A stretch of 64,000 bases of DNA from an uncultured Gammaproteobacteria bacterium (GTDB lineage Bacteria; Patescibacteriota; Microgenomatia; Levybacterales; UBA12049): positions 441,316-505,315 of the forward strand of contig OZ246394.1 in assembly GCA_965230895.1 (NCBI GenBank), written 5' to 3'. A program made the position numbers and the translations under genes. Below the pieces are notes generated by a model. The model was not told where the DNA came from. It worked only from the letters and a program-made list of their open reading frames with translations, and made no database searches. Of the stretch, positions 9,327 to 20,564 are shown piece after piece. Numbering within the stretch: the stretch's first letter is position 1; every line of letters begins with the position of its first letter.

Positions 9327-10438
9327 AAGTTTGTTTAATAAATGGTCACTATTATAAAAGTAACGATGGAATTGGTAGGTATGGTGAGAATTTAATTACG
9401 GATATTGCAAAAATTAACAATTCAATAAAGTTAGACATAGTAACGCATTTACCTACAGACTTATCTTCGAACAAATCAGTAAGAGTTAAATCTTCATTTC
9501 TCCATAAATTTTTACACCCATTTATAATGGAACTGAACTATTTTGTACGCTTTAAAAACAACACTTTAAGATTGCGTAAAGAATTACAAATACATAAAGG
9601 TAATGTTTACCATGCAGTATCGCCAAGTGAAGCAGTATCGGCGGTGTTGGAAAAGAAGCATCCATTAATTACGACATATCATGATATTATTCCCTTACTA
9701 GGGAAAAATCGTTTTATAATGGAAAAGTTTTATTTTCTTTTTTACAATAGTTACGCTAAAAAGAGTGACCTTATAATTTCTGACTCAATAAGTACAAAGA
9801 ATGATTTAGTTTCACATTTAGGAATTGATGAAGAAAAAGTAAAAGTTGTTTATCCAGGAATAGACTTAGAAAAGTTTAAACCATCTAAAAAAATCTCAAA
9901 TAATAAGCAAATAACACTTCTGTATTTAGGAGGGCTAGTTAAAAGAAAAGGGATTTATGAGACTATTTATGCCTTTCATAAGGTAGTACATGAAAGAAAT
10001 GGTCTACAATTATTAATTGCAGGAGTCGGGCCAGAAGAAAATTCTATTAAGAAAATTATAGAAAAACTGAACCTCTTAGATAAAGTAAAGTTGTTAGGAT
10101 TTATAAATGAAGAAAGAATAGCCGATACTTATCAAAAAGCAGATATTTTTATTTATCTATCGTTCTATGAGGGTTTTGGGTATACTCCTCTTGAAGCTAT
10201 GGCAAGTGGAATTCCCGTGATAGCCTCCAACAAGTCTTCTATTCCAGAAGTCGTAGGAGATGCTGGAATATTAGTAAACCCTTCAAATATTAAAGAAGTT
10301 TCAGAAAAAATAAAATTTCTAATAGATAATCCCACTCAGAGAAAGATATTAGCAAAAAAAGGATTGCTGCAATCGAAGAAGTTTAGTAATAGGACATTTA
10401 CAAAGAATATTCTTAGGATTTATAATGAACTAAATTAA
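9323..10438 (+). CDS. Glycosyltransferase family 4
   Basis: GT-B; [17 protein letters not shown]. Confidence 0.9.
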   Translation: MKVCLINGHYYKSNDGIGRYGENLITDIAKINNSIKLDIVTHLPTDLSSNKSVRVKSSFLHKFLHPFIMELNYFVRFKNNTLRLRKELQIHKGNVYHAVSPSEAVSAVLEKKHPLITTYHDIIPLLGKNRFIMEKFYFLFYNSYAKKSDLIISDSISTKNDLVSHLGIDEEKVKVVYPGIDLEKFKPSKKISNNKQITLLYLGGLVKRKGIYETIYAFHKVVHERNGLQLLIAGVGPEENSIKKIIEKLNLLDKVKLLGFINEERIADTYQKADIFIYLSFYEGFGYTPLEAMASGIPVIASNKSSIPEVVGDAGILVNPSNIKEVSEKIKFLIDNPTQRKILAKKGLLQSKKFSNRTFTKNILRIYNELN

Positions 10439-11527
10439 TTGCTTATAGAGATTTACTAATTGTAGAGATATTTCATGCCAAGAGAGTGATTTAGAGTAAG
10501 CTTTTCCAGCTTTTCTTTTTTCTCCTAACTTGGTCCGTTCCTTTATCGATTTTTCCATCATTTTTTCGAGACCGTCTTTGTTCTCCGCATCATAAAAATA
10601 TCCCACATTATTAGGTAAATCTTTAAGTGAACCAATTCGTGGACAGATGATAGGTAGTCCAAACCCTAATCCTAACATTGCAGTACTACTAGTTGTGACT
10701 TTTTTGAAAGGCAATACAAACATATCAGCTGAATTCATATAATATTGAACCAAATTATCTTCAACAAAATTGAGGTTTGCAATTATACGGCCTTCTAGCC
10801 TTTGCTCCTGCTCTTGAATATACTTTTTAAGTGTGTCATCTGAACATTCGCCAGCGATAACGAGTTTAGTATTACCATATTTTTTTGTGATCCTAGCAAA
10901 CTTTTGTATCAAAATATCCACACCTTTATAGTCTCTTATTAATCCTAAAAATAGAAATACAAATTCTTTGTTATTAATCTGCAACTTCATTCTAGCTATA
11001 TTTTTGTTTTTTATCTTATTAATGTAAATCCCTTCATAACTACCGATAGGTATTACGGAAACTTTTTTAGTATTATAATTTGATTTATTCATATCTTCTA
11101 TCGTAGAGTTTGAATGCGCAATGACCGCGTTTGATAAGTATGAAAGTATTTTAAAAATAAGCTTATCGTTGATAAAGATTTTTTCATGTGGCAATATATT
11201 GTGAACCGTCCAGATAACTTTATAATTTAGCAGTTTAACGCAGAGCAGAATTATTAAGAAATATACTGTAAAAAAAATGCGAGTGGCAAAGTTGTTAAAA
11301 ATGATACTCTTGTATGGAAAAATAAAATTATGTAGCCAGTGAATATGAAATATCTTGTATCCGTTAAAACGATAATAAATAATTAAAGGAATATATAAAA
11401 CAATGCTCAAAAAATAAGAGTTTGTAATTTGATTTAAATAAGTTACGAACACTTTATCTTTAGCAGCTTGATACAATAATTCTTGATATGGGTTATTATC
11501 TTTAGAAAATATTAGAATTTTTATCAT
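10430..11527 (-). CDS. Glycosyltransferase family 4
   Basis: NPYQ, HIHW, WTVHNILPHE, RDYKG motifs. Confidence 0.85.
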   Translation of the reverse strand: MIKILIFSKDNNPYQELLYQAAKDKVFVTYLNQITNSYFLSIVLYIPLIIYYRFNGYKIFHIHWLHNFIFPYKSIIFNNFATRIFFTVYFLIILLCVKLLNYKVIWTVHNILPHEKIFINDKLIFKILSYLSNAVIAHSNSTIEDMNKSNYNTKKVSVIPIGSYEGIYINKIKNKNIARMKLQINNKEFVFLFLGLIRDYKGVDILIQKFARITKKYGNTKLVIAGECSDDTLKKYIQEQEQRLEGRIIANLNFVEDNLVQYYMNSADMFVLPFKKVTTSSTAMLGLGFGLPIICPRIGSLKDLPNNVGYFYDAENKDGLEKMMEKSIKERTKLGEKRKAGKAYSKSLSWHEISLQLVNLYKQLI

Positions 11528-11529
11528 TC

Positions 11530-12396
11530 TTATATAATAAGTACACGCTCTTTAAACGAGTATTTCCACAGTAAAACACGTTCATAAATTAATCTAGGAT
11601 AAACTAGCAAAAATAGCAAATAATCTTGTTTTGTTTTATGTTTATCAGTAAATAGTTTGATAAGTATTAACGGTGGAAAGAGAATTGCAGCTATTTTTTC
11701 AGGTGAATATATTCTGTAAAAAAGTTGATACCTTTCACCGTGTAATTTATATGCAAGTACTACGCGGTAATAAACCCATTGAGCAGAGGCCATATAATCC
11801 TTAGCCTTCCATATAGATTGGGAATGGTATACAAGCATTGAAGTGTTAAAGGCTATCTTCCCAAATTTCATTACTCTTAAAGCAAGATCACGATCTTGGT
11901 TCCTTGCAAAAGCTTTATTAAACATTCCAACTTTTTTTAAATATTCTCTTTTATATACGATGTTTGCAGTCATATACTCTCCCCCTTGCAAGTTTTGTAC
12001 TACTCTATCCGAATAACTTGGTACATATCCTTTTGCTATATAAAGTATCTTTCCTTCTACTCCTACTACATTACTTTTAGATAGGGCTTTCAATCCTTGC
12101 TTAATCCAGTTCTTGTCTACTATACAATCAGCATCAGTAAAAAAGATGTATTTACTTTTTGAAAGTGTTATGCCTTTATTTCGAGATAAAGATTTGCCCA
12201 AATTATAAATATTTTTAACAAGCTTTAATCTTTTATCTTTAATTTGTTTAATTTCAAGCAATGTATCGTCTGTTGAAGCGTCATCTATAACTATTAGCTC
12301 AAAGTCTGATTCTGTCTGGACAAGAACTGATTCTATAGTTTTTTTGATATGGTTACCCATATTAAATGTAGCAATGATTACTGTAGCCTTTATCAT
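11530..12396 (-). CDS. Glycosyltransferase family 2
   Basis: VIDDASTD and FTDAD (DxD) motifs. Confidence 0.9.
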   Translation of the reverse strand: MIKATVIIATFNMGNHIKKTIESVLVQTESDFELIVIDDASTDDTLLEIKQIKDKRLKLVKNIYNLGKSLSRNKGITLSKSKYIFFTDADCIVDKNWIKQGLKALSKSNVVGVEGKILYIAKGYVPSYSDRVVQNLQGGEYMTANIVYKREYLKKVGMFNKAFARNQDRDLALRVMKFGKIAFNTSMLVYHSQSIWKAKDYMASAQWVYYRVVLAYKLHGERYQLFYRIYSPEKIAAILFPPLILIKLFTDKHKTKQDYLLFLLVYPRLIYERVLLWKYSFKERVLII

Positions 12397-14637
12397 TTAT
12401 TTAAATACTGTAGATCCTTTATTTGTATATATTACATCTTTATTCTCATTAAGAAACTCTATCGGGAAATTATAAATGAGTAACCCGTTACCTCCATATT
12501 TAAAAGTTATTCCTTGTTTAATATTAGTTCGGGTTGCATAGACATAATCCTGATCATTCATTGCAGCAGGTAAAACTTCAAGCTTCACTTTACCGCTAAG
12601 GTTGTAGTATGGGGATTGATACAATTTAAACTGCGCATAATTATCTAATGCAATTAAGTTGTTCTTTGGTTTATGTTGTAAAAGCCAATTCATTGAATAT
12701 ATCTCATCTGCTGTCGTATAGCTAAAATCATAGTCTTTGCCTGCATTTGCTACGTTTAATTGGATTCTGTTGCCTCCAATAAAGTAATAAGGTACATGAG
12801 ACAGGAATAATAGATAAAGAGCGATGAAGACCGCATAGATGCTAACTTTGAATGAATTATTTAATACTTTAAGAATAGTTAGCGCAAAAATTGGAAAGAC
12901 TGCTAGAATAAGAAGCAACTGTTGATATAACCTAATAGGATCATAAAATCCTCCCAGAAATGGCAACTGGACAAGCATTGCTAGAGTTGCTAATGATACA
13001 AAACTTATTACTACATAGAATTTATTACTTTGACTATGTTTTTTAGCATACAAAAAGAGTCCAACAAGGATTAATAGAAACCCAGATCCTAAGAGTAAAA
13101 TTTTTATTTTTTCAAAAACTCCATAAAGAAGATTATGATTAAAAACAGGAGTTAAGACAGAAGTCTCTTTAATAGAACTCGGATATTTGTTAACTGCAGA
13201 ATCTGAATATGTAGTAATATCAAGTTTTTTTATTCTTTGGACATAGTTGGCTAAATCTGCTTCTGGAGTAATCGGAAGTCTTTTAACAATATAATTTAAT
13301 GGTGATTTATCCAAAGAGAATGCGTTTGCGCTAACACTATCCCGTAAGTTAACCGCTTTATGACCAATGTCTGTAACACCAAAATACCAAACTGCTTCTA
13401 AAAGTAAGAAAACTATAATTAGGACACCAAATAGATTTAAATTAAACTTTTCATTAAAAGCTTTCTTACTTACTTTTTTAATGTAAATTTTCCAGGTTTG
13501 GAAAAAGAAAGCAACTACATACACAAAAGGAAATAGAATCGTTAAGATAAAAGTTGTTGAATAGTGTGATGTAATCACACAGAAACTAAATATTGAGAAA
13601 AGAACTACTTTCATCTTATCTGTTAGCTTATTTGTAAAGAAAGTTAGGTACATTAAAGATAAAAATAAGAATGCTATTTCCTGCCTTGGTGGAAAGAGAT
13701 TCCATACTGCGAAAGTAGGCTGTACAATGAAAAAAAGAACACCTAAGAACGCATAGAGGTTTTTTGTTAATTTATTAAATAAGTAATACAGAGCAACAGG
13801 TAAAAAACAAAAAATAATTGGAAATGCTACTTTTTGAACAAGCAATAAGCTACTATCAAGAAAATGTGAAAGTATAATTGGAAGCATAACAATGCTTAAC
13901 ATTCCAAAATAATTATTTCCTCCTTCCCAATAGTCCCAATATCCATTCTGAAATACGAAATTACCTAATCCGTATTCTAAAGTGGCGTCCGTACTTGCGA
14001 TGAACCAACTCCTTAGCGATCCAGTAAAAATCAAGGTAAGCGACAAGAAATATAAATTCCAAGGATATAACTTTGAAGAAAGTTTTTTATGAAGAAATAC
14101 GAAGAATATTATGTAAAGTGCGACGAGCCCATACACAGATAATGTGATGTAACTCGTTCCATAATTATTTAAAGAAGTCGCCCCTAAAATACTTATTACG
14201 GGGAAAACTGCAGGTATTATAAAAAATACTGTGTTTAGTAAATTTCGCGAAGGAATTTGAATAGATAAATGTAATTTATGTATCCTGAAGTAAGCAATAG
14301 ATAATAATATAGAGAAAGCTATGTCAAAACTCACAAGTAAGGGTATTAATTCTAAAGGCCTTCTAACATCAAACAAAAGTAATGTTTCATTGCATAAGAC
14401 GCCTACAACCATTAAGAAGGCCACACTCATACCAACCGAATAAATAACATATTCCCCAAGCTCCATATTATAAATTTTAAATATGAGCATAAGCAAAAAT
14501 CCTGGTACAAAGATTAGGAATAGAAAAACAAGAAAAGTTTCTACATGAAAGATATTGATATTCCCCAAAATCAGTACATTAACAAGAGCTAATAGTGAGA
14601 GCAACAATATAAAAAGAGTATTTTTTGTGAAAATCAT
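12397..14637 (-). CDS. Large polytopic membrane protein, DUF2206-like
   Basis: 746 aa, many TM; FVPG, DATLEY, RQEIA, SHYST and IYTN motifs. Confidence 0.7.
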   Translation of the reverse strand: MIFTKNTLFILLLSLLALVNVLILGNINIFHVETFLVFLFLIFVPGFLLMLIFKIYNMELGEYVIYSVGMSVAFLMVVGVLCNETLLLFDVRRPLELIPLLVSFDIAFSILLSIAYFRIHKLHLSIQIPSRNLLNTVFFIIPAVFPVISILGATSLNNYGTSYITLSVYGLVALYIIFFVFLHKKLSSKLYPWNLYFLSLTLIFTGSLRSWFIASTDATLEYGLGNFVFQNGYWDYWEGGNNYFGMLSIVMLPIILSHFLDSSLLLVQKVAFPIIFCFLPVALYYLFNKLTKNLYAFLGVLFFIVQPTFAVWNLFPPRQEIAFLFLSLMYLTFFTNKLTDKMKVVLFSIFSFCVITSHYSTTFILTILFPFVYVVAFFFQTWKIYIKKVSKKAFNEKFNLNLFGVLIIVFLLLEAVWYFGVTDIGHKAVNLRDSVSANAFSLDKSPLNYIVKRLPITPEADLANYVQRIKKLDITTYSDSAVNKYPSSIKETSVLTPVFNHNLLYGVFEKIKILLLGSGFLLILVGLFLYAKKHSQSNKFYVVISFVSLATLAMLVQLPFLGGFYDPIRLYQQLLLILAVFPIFALTILKVLNNSFKVSIYAVFIALYLLFLSHVPYYFIGGNRIQLNVANAGKDYDFSYTTADEIYSMNWLLQHKPKNNLIALDNYAQFKLYQSPYYNLSGKVKLEVLPAAMNDQDYVYATRTNIKQGITFKYGGNGLLIYNFPIEFLNENKDVIYTNKGSTVFK

Positions 14638-15692
14638 ATCTTAGCATTAACAACCCGTTGTATTTTTTCTCTTTGAAGATTAAAGCTACCTATAATTATA
14701 CCTACAAGGCTAATAAACTCAAGAATGAACTGAATATACGGAAATAATAAGTAAGTAAAATCTAAGGTTTTAATAAATTTAACTAGCCACCAGCCATAAA
14801 TAATATGGGGTATTATAAATATAACTAAAAACCATTCATATCCCAAGCTAATCAAAATGACACTATTTAAAACAATTAATAGTATAGGAAATGGAAATAA
14901 ATGAGGAATTTTCTTATTAAGGTGGTAATAGCTCACAATTGCATCTTTTCTAAGATACGGCTTTTTAATTAATTGAATAAATGATGTTTCACCGTTGTGG
15001 TAAATAATAGCTTTCCTGGTACAAATAAACGGATCTTTTGTTATTTTTTTAATTCGATTACATAAATCTGTGTCTTCAATTCCACTCAAGTCAGGGTTCC
15101 ATCCTCCAACTTTTTTTAGTAAATCAGTAGGAAATGAACAATTCTCTCCCCAAATCTCGCTGACGATGAATTTATTTTTCTTTATCTTACTAGTAGTCTT
15201 GCTATACATATCTTTTATATAAATTAGTAATCTCTTCAAAGGGCTATTGAGACGGCTATTATGTAGCGGTGAAGGGTTACCATGACCGATTTCCATGAGA
15301 TATTTATCAATAATTCCAGATGTAGAATTTTTCGTTTGGCCACAGACCCCTGCCACATTCGGAGAATATGCCTTAAGAAGCTCTTCTAACCAACTCTGGT
15401 CTGCAAAACAATCATCGTCAAAGCAAATATATACTTTTCCTTTTGCATGCTTTAGTCCTGTATTTCGTGCTATTGAAAGTCCTGCATTTTTTTTATGACG
15501 TATTACTTTAATAGGATAGGATTTCGCAACTTTGTAAGTATTATCAGTTGAACCATCATCAATAAGTATAATTTCGAATTTATTACTTGGATATGTTTGG
15601 TTTAATAAAGATTCTATACTTTTTCTAATTATCTTTTCACCATTAAATGTACAAATGATTATTGAAGCATCTAGTTTTATTTCTTTATTCAT
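14634..15692 (-). CDS. Glycosyltransferase family 2 with C-terminal TM helices
   Basis: IDDGSTD, FDDD, EDTDL; start moved to the ATG behind an AGGAGG RBS. Confidence 0.9.
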   Translation of the reverse strand: MNKEIKLDASIIICTFNGEKIIRKSIESLLNQTYPSNKFEIILIDDGSTDNTYKVAKSYPIKVIRHKKNAGLSIARNTGLKHAKGKVYICFDDDCFADQSWLEELLKAYSPNVAGVCGQTKNSTSGIIDKYLMEIGHGNPSPLHNSRLNSPLKRLLIYIKDMYSKTTSKIKKNKFIVSEIWGENCSFPTDLLKKVGGWNPDLSGIEDTDLCNRIKKITKDPFICTRKAIIYHNGETSFIQLIKKPYLRKDAIVSYYHLNKKIPHLFPFPILLIVLNSVILISLGYEWFLVIFIIPHIIYGWWLVKFIKTLDFTYLLFPYIQFILEFISLVGIIIGSFNLQREKIQRVVNAKI

Positions 15693-16830
15693 AAACCTCC
15701 TTATAAAAATTTTCAACTCTCTTTGTAATTATGTCCCATGTATAATGCTTCTTAACAAAATTTAAAGCGTAACTTGACTTATTTAAACTGTTTTGTGATT
15801 TTAATATTTTTATAAGTCCTGTAGATAACGCATCACTATTATCAGATTCTATAATGTATCCTGCTTTTCCTTTATCAACATATAATGGTAAGTCTCCAAC
15901 ATTACTAACAACAGGAACCATCCCCATAGCCATATATTGAAACGCTTTTAAATTACTACATGCTTTTATTGTTTCTTCATTTGGCATATATGCATATCCA
16001 ATATCACCAAATTTTGTGAATTTAGGAATTTCATTCATTTGTACCCATCCAGTAAATTTAACATACTTACTAACTTTTAATTTTTTGACCAAATTCTTAA
16101 AATATGGAAGAGCTTGACCGTCGCCGAGTATATAAACAAAACGCCCTGAATACTTATATTCCCTAACAATCCGAGGTATAGCTTTAATGAGTGGACTAAT
16201 TATATTTTCTCTATTGAGAGACCCAATTGCAATGATTCTTTTTCCACTTTTTTGTTTTTTTCGATCCATAATATAATCTGAGTCTATACCATTAGATACC
16301 CATACAATGTTTTTTTGAGGAAACATGGCAGTGTACTTACTTTTTAAATAGTTTGAGGCACAGATAATCCCATCGGAATACTTAAGTGAAACAGTTTCAC
16401 ATATCTCTACTAGCTTCACCATTATTTTAGGATTATTCTCTAATACCATAACCTTACTACCTAAATCATCCATATCTACAATAATTGCCTTTTTCCGAGT
16501 AAATTTAGGAACTATACCAGGAATCGTTATAGGGGTAGGTTTATAAAGATGTACAATGTCATAATCTTTCTTATGCAAAATAATGAGAGTGTGTAGTATA
16601 TAAGGCACTAAATTAACTAATCTATTTTTAGTATTAAACTGAAAAGGCCTAATTATTTTTATACCTTTGACTTCAGAAAAACTCTCTCTTTTATAATCGC
16701 TATATTTATCTAGTGATGGCGCAATTATTGAAACGCTATGCCCTTTTCTGACTAGACATTTAGCAAAAGAAAGTATTCGATATGTTAGTGTACTGTTTAT
16801 GGTACCTGATGCTAGCATTATAATTTTCAT
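15685..16830 (-). CDS. Glycosyltransferase family 4
   Basis: GT-B; DMDD, KAFQYMAMG..VVSNVG. Confidence 0.85.
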   Translation of the reverse strand: MKIIMLASGTINSTLTYRILSFAKCLVRKGHSVSIIAPSLDKYSDYKRESFSEVKGIKIIRPFQFNTKNRLVNLVPYILHTLIILHKKDYDIVHLYKPTPITIPGIVPKFTRKKAIIVDMDDLGSKVMVLENNPKIMVKLVEICETVSLKYSDGIICASNYLKSKYTAMFPQKNIVWVSNGIDSDYIMDRKKQKSGKRIIAIGSLNRENIISPLIKAIPRIVREYKYSGRFVYILGDGQALPYFKNLVKKLKVSKYVKFTGWVQMNEIPKFTKFGDIGYAYMPNEETIKACSNLKAFQYMAMGMVPVVSNVGDLPLYVDKGKAGYIIESDNSDALSTGLIKILKSQNSLNKSSYALNFVKKHYTWDIITKRVENFYKEVYE

Positions 16831-17954
16831 CTTACTGTATCTATAAATAGCTTATTAGTATTTTCTATTTTTTTGTCCCAACCGTAGTCTTTAACAACTT
16901 TGACGTGGCCTTGTTTTCCCATTTCTGCTCTTAAAGTTTTATTTGAGATTAATTTAGAAATTGCCTTAGTTAGTTCACTTACATTTTTAGGGGTATACAA
17001 TAGACCATCTTTACCATCTGATATTACCTCTTTTATACCACCATTTTTTGCCCCTATTACTGGTGTTCCACATGCCATTGATTCAATAAGAACCATTCCA
17101 AAACTTTCGTTTATGGAAGCTAAAACTAATGCGTTTGAGACTTGATACTGCCTTACAAGTTCTTCCTTATCCAGTTGGCCCTTAAAAGTAACATAGCGCT
17201 GTATATTAAGTTTTTTACTTAAATCCTTAAAATAATCTAGATTGTCTCCTTCTCCTACAGATACTAAATTAACAATCTTGTCTTGATTAATTAACTCCTT
17301 AACTGCATAAAAGATATCTTCTAATCTTTTATAACTTTCTGCTTTTCTTAAACCTCCGATAGTTAATATTTGAAATATTATATTTTTCTTTTTCTTTATA
17401 GGTTTAAATAAATTTAAATCTACACCAGGAGAGATCAAATGAGACTTACCTATTACATCCTTAAGAAGTGAATCACGAACAAAGCGAGATACATAAATTA
17501 TTCGTTTTGCCCGGTTAAGAAGTATTCTTAAAAAAAATCTTTCATATATTCCAATAATTATATCCGGAATAAGTTTCCCTTTAATCATTGAGCCTGTATG
17601 ATATGTCACAACTAACGGTATTTTCCCTTTTACGGAAGATACGACATCTGCGATAAAAGGCACTGGTGTATGAGCATTAATCAAATCTGGTTTTTCATTA
17701 TTAATAATTTGTTTAATTGTATGATACCAGAAAAGACTTAGAGGAGTATTTGATAGCTTAAACCAATACGGCAGTTGATATATTTTAATACCTTCGATAT
17801 TCTCAATATTAAATTCATTTTTTATATGATTTGAAGTTACGACAATTACTTCCCACTTATATTTTGTCTGAAGGCCTTTAGCAATATTAAATGCGTATTT
17901 CTCCATACCTCCAAGTTTGGGATAAAAATATGTTGCGACAAGCAATAATTTCAT
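16827..17954 (-). CDS. Glycosyltransferase family 4
   Basis: YPKLGGME, ESFGMVLIESMACG. Confidence 0.9.
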   Translation of the reverse strand: MKLLLVATYFYPKLGGMEKYAFNIAKGLQTKYKWEVIVVTSNHIKNEFNIENIEGIKIYQLPYWFKLSNTPLSLFWYHTIKQIINNEKPDLINAHTPVPFIADVVSSVKGKIPLVVTYHTGSMIKGKLIPDIIIGIYERFFLRILLNRAKRIIYVSRFVRDSLLKDVIGKSHLISPGVDLNLFKPIKKKKNIIFQILTIGGLRKAESYKRLEDIFYAVKELINQDKIVNLVSVGEGDNLDYFKDLSKKLNIQRYVTFKGQLDKEELVRQYQVSNALVLASINESFGMVLIESMACGTPVIGAKNGGIKEVISDGKDGLLYTPKNVSELTKAISKLISNKTLRAEMGKQGHVKVVKDYGWDKKIENTNKLFIDTVR

Positions 17955-19090
17955 AGGTAATAAGTATTCTCTATATCTTTAGTGATAATTTCCCAATCAT
18001 ATTTAATACTATATTCTTTATAATTCGTATTTATTTTTTTATTTTGTAAAAGAATAACTTTTTCTGCAATAATTTTAGGATTAAGCTTGATTGAATATCC
18101 ATTTTCTCCATTCACAACAAGATCTTTTGACGCGTTATCATCATGATTGATTGTTATGACAGGCAAACCTGAAGCATTCGCCTCAATAATAACTATACCG
18201 AAGCCTTCTCTTGTTGAAGGAAACACAAAAACCTTTGATGATTTCATTAATGCGTATAAATCATCATGATTATTAAGAAATTTAAGAAATTTTATATTTT
18301 TTGTCATACCCATTTTTTCTATTCTAGCTTTAAGATTTTCTTCTTCTGGTCCGTTTCCAACGATAATACAATGTATATTTTTTTGGGATTCACTCAAAAT
18401 TTTGACAGCATCGATTAATACATCCACGTTTTTATGTTTAAGTAACCTTCCTGCAAAAATAATATCGCTTTTAATTTTAGAAGGATTAATACCATTAATA
18501 TGATTAATATCTATCCCAATAGGAATAGTTACAATCTGTGTTGTTGATTGGAATTCTGATAGAAGTTTTCTCGTGGTATGGTCTGATATTGAAATTATCT
18601 TGTTTGGAAGTTTTACGCTCAGCCACTCAATGGCATACGCAATATTGCCTAATAATCCCATATATTTAACCCAATACTTTTGACCCCATACCTCATTCCA
18701 AGTAACAATCATCTTTTTATTTTTATAAATACAGACAATTTTTAACGGAAAGAGAACCAGATGGGGCATATGATCTACATCAATTACATCAAAGTTCTTA
18801 TTCATCAATTTGAAGCAATGTAAGCCAAAAAGAATCGCTTCTTTAATGGATCTGCGTTCGCCGGAGTACAGAGGATACAAGGGGCTGATTGCTTCGTGGA
18901 CGACCCCTTCATGTGTAACCCGAGTACTTTTGCCTTTCCACCATTTCATGGTGTATATAGTTACTTTATGACCTCGTTTGGCTAAGCGGGTACTTATTTC
19001 GTAGATGCGTTTTTCCTTCCCACCGATATTGTATGGAAAAATGGCATCAGAAACGATAGCGATGTTCAGCTTTCTAGATTGAGGTTTCAT
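17951..19090 (-). CDS. Glycosyltransferase family 4
   Basis: PYNIGGKE, REGFGIVIIEANASG. Confidence 0.9.
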   Translation of the reverse strand: MKPQSRKLNIAIVSDAIFPYNIGGKEKRIYEISTRLAKRGHKVTIYTMKWWKGKSTRVTHEGVVHEAISPLYPLYSGERRSIKEAILFGLHCFKLMNKNFDVIDVDHMPHLVLFPLKIVCIYKNKKMIVTWNEVWGQKYWVKYMGLLGNIAYAIEWLSVKLPNKIISISDHTTRKLLSEFQSTTQIVTIPIGIDINHINGINPSKIKSDIIFAGRLLKHKNVDVLIDAVKILSESQKNIHCIIVGNGPEEENLKARIEKMGMTKNIKFLKFLNNHDDLYALMKSSKVFVFPSTREGFGIVIIEANASGLPVITINHDDNASKDLVVNGENGYSIKLNPKIIAEKVILLQNKKINTNYKEYSIKYDWEIITKDIENTYYL

Positions 19091-19099
19091 TAAAGGGAC

Positions 19100-19852
19100 T
19101 TAATATGATTCCTTTACGTTAAGTTTTGTTTGGGCAGAGCGCTTTTCAGGGCTCCATGATAGGTTTTGGATAAGAGTATTAAAAATCTTCAGACCATCAG
19201 AAATAGCTTCAATTTTTGATTCTCCTTCCCGTTGTTCATATGTAATTGGCACTGAATAGATTTCTTGCTTTAATTTTACCATCTTTGTAATCATTTCCAT
19301 CTCAATTGCAAACCCTCGAGACTCGAGATGTGGTAGAAGATCACGAAGTGCCTTGTGCTTCCAGGCAAAAAATCCACTAAGCACATCAGTGACATTTGCT
19401 CGATAGATTTGTCGGACAAAAAAGGTAAAAGCCCAGTTGGCTACCCTGTTGGTAAAGCGAAGTGATCCACTTTTAATTTTTCCGCCAAGTCGACTTCCTA
19501 CAACTACATCACAGAAGTTACTTGCCAAGGGTTCAACTAATCGTGGAATCTCCTTACCTTTGTATGTATTATCGCCATCCATCATTACAACATAATCAGT
19601 ATCCGGCTTAACAGCGTTCATACCAGTACGAATTGCATGACCCTTCCCCGGTTTTTCTTCACTTATGACTCGTGCACCTTTTGACTGAGCAATACTGCTT
19701 GTTTTATCGGTACAATTATTATCAATTACTATAATATCTGTATTATAACCAAGCCGATGTAATCGTGAAACCGGGATAGAATCAATTACTTTACCAATAC
19801 CTTTTTCTTCGTTATAACATGGAATTAAAACTGTAATTTTTTTGAGTTTCAT
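19100..19852 (-). CDS. Polyprenol-phosphate glycosyltransferase (DPM1-like GT2)
   Basis: IPCYNEE, GKG, MDGD, VVGSR, TDVLSGF, FAIEME, R.GESK. Confidence 0.85.
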   Translation of the reverse strand: MKLKKITVLIPCYNEEKGIGKVIDSIPVSRLHRLGYNTDIIVIDNNCTDKTSSIAQSKGARVISEEKPGKGHAIRTGMNAVKPDTDYVVMMDGDNTYKGKEIPRLVEPLASNFCDVVVGSRLGGKIKSGSLRFTNRVANWAFTFFVRQIYRANVTDVLSGFFAWKHKALRDLLPHLESRGFAIEMEMITKMVKLKQEIYSVPITYEQREGESKIEAISDGLKIFNTLIQNLSWSPEKRSAQTKLNVKESY

Positions 19853-20295
19853 TTCTGCTCCTCTCCTATCCAATAATGAATTTCCTGATCCTTAGTTGGT
19901 AGGCTTACAACAACTTTTGCTCTTTTAACTGATTGAAGTAATTCATAATAAACAGGTATTGTTTTTTTCTCATCGTGATTAAGGACAACGATATCTTTCA
20001 GAATCTCAGCTCGATTACCATCAGCGTCTTCTATAAAGACTTCGTAAGGATAAGACATTTTATGGTATTCGACGTTATGAATGGTAAATGAAAATGTTTG
20101 GGCTTTCTGAAGATCTGTTTGTTTAGGAAGTTTATTATGATTCTCAAAATAAAGTTCTGTGAAGGTTTCAGGCTTTACTGTCGTAGCTAAGGCAACAGTT
20201 TGTTGAGCTGCAGGATTTTGAGACACGAGAAAAAACGCTGTTGCCGCAAAACTAATAATGATTGCTATTAAAACGTGTTTGGCTATGTAATTCAT
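19849..20295 (-). CDS. Membrane-anchored protein, DUF1616-like
   Basis: N-terminal TM; E.FTELYF, IHN.E...Y and C-terminal HYW motifs. Confidence 0.55.
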   Translation of the reverse strand: MNYIAKHVLIAIIISFAATAFFLVSQNPAAQQTVALATTVKPETFTELYFENHNKLPKQTDLQKAQTFSFTIHNVEYHKMSYPYEVFIEDADGNRAEILKDIVVLNHDEKKTIPVYYELLQSVKRAKVVVSLPTKDQEIHYWIGEEQK

Positions 20296-20564
20296 TTTAA
20301 ATCACAGACAGGTTGGTAACTGACAAAATGATGACACTATATATCAGTATATCAAAATGATCTTTAAAAAATTATGGACAGATGGTAAGACATACCTATA
20401 CTCTGATGAGATTAAGTTTCATTACCAATCTATTTTCCATATATATACTAATAGATAAATATGAAAATTACGTAAGAGACACCCCAGAAACCCATCAATA
20501 ATGCAACCCCTAATTTTTGAACCTGACAAAATTCTACTTGATTAGTTGAGCTTTACAAATTAGA

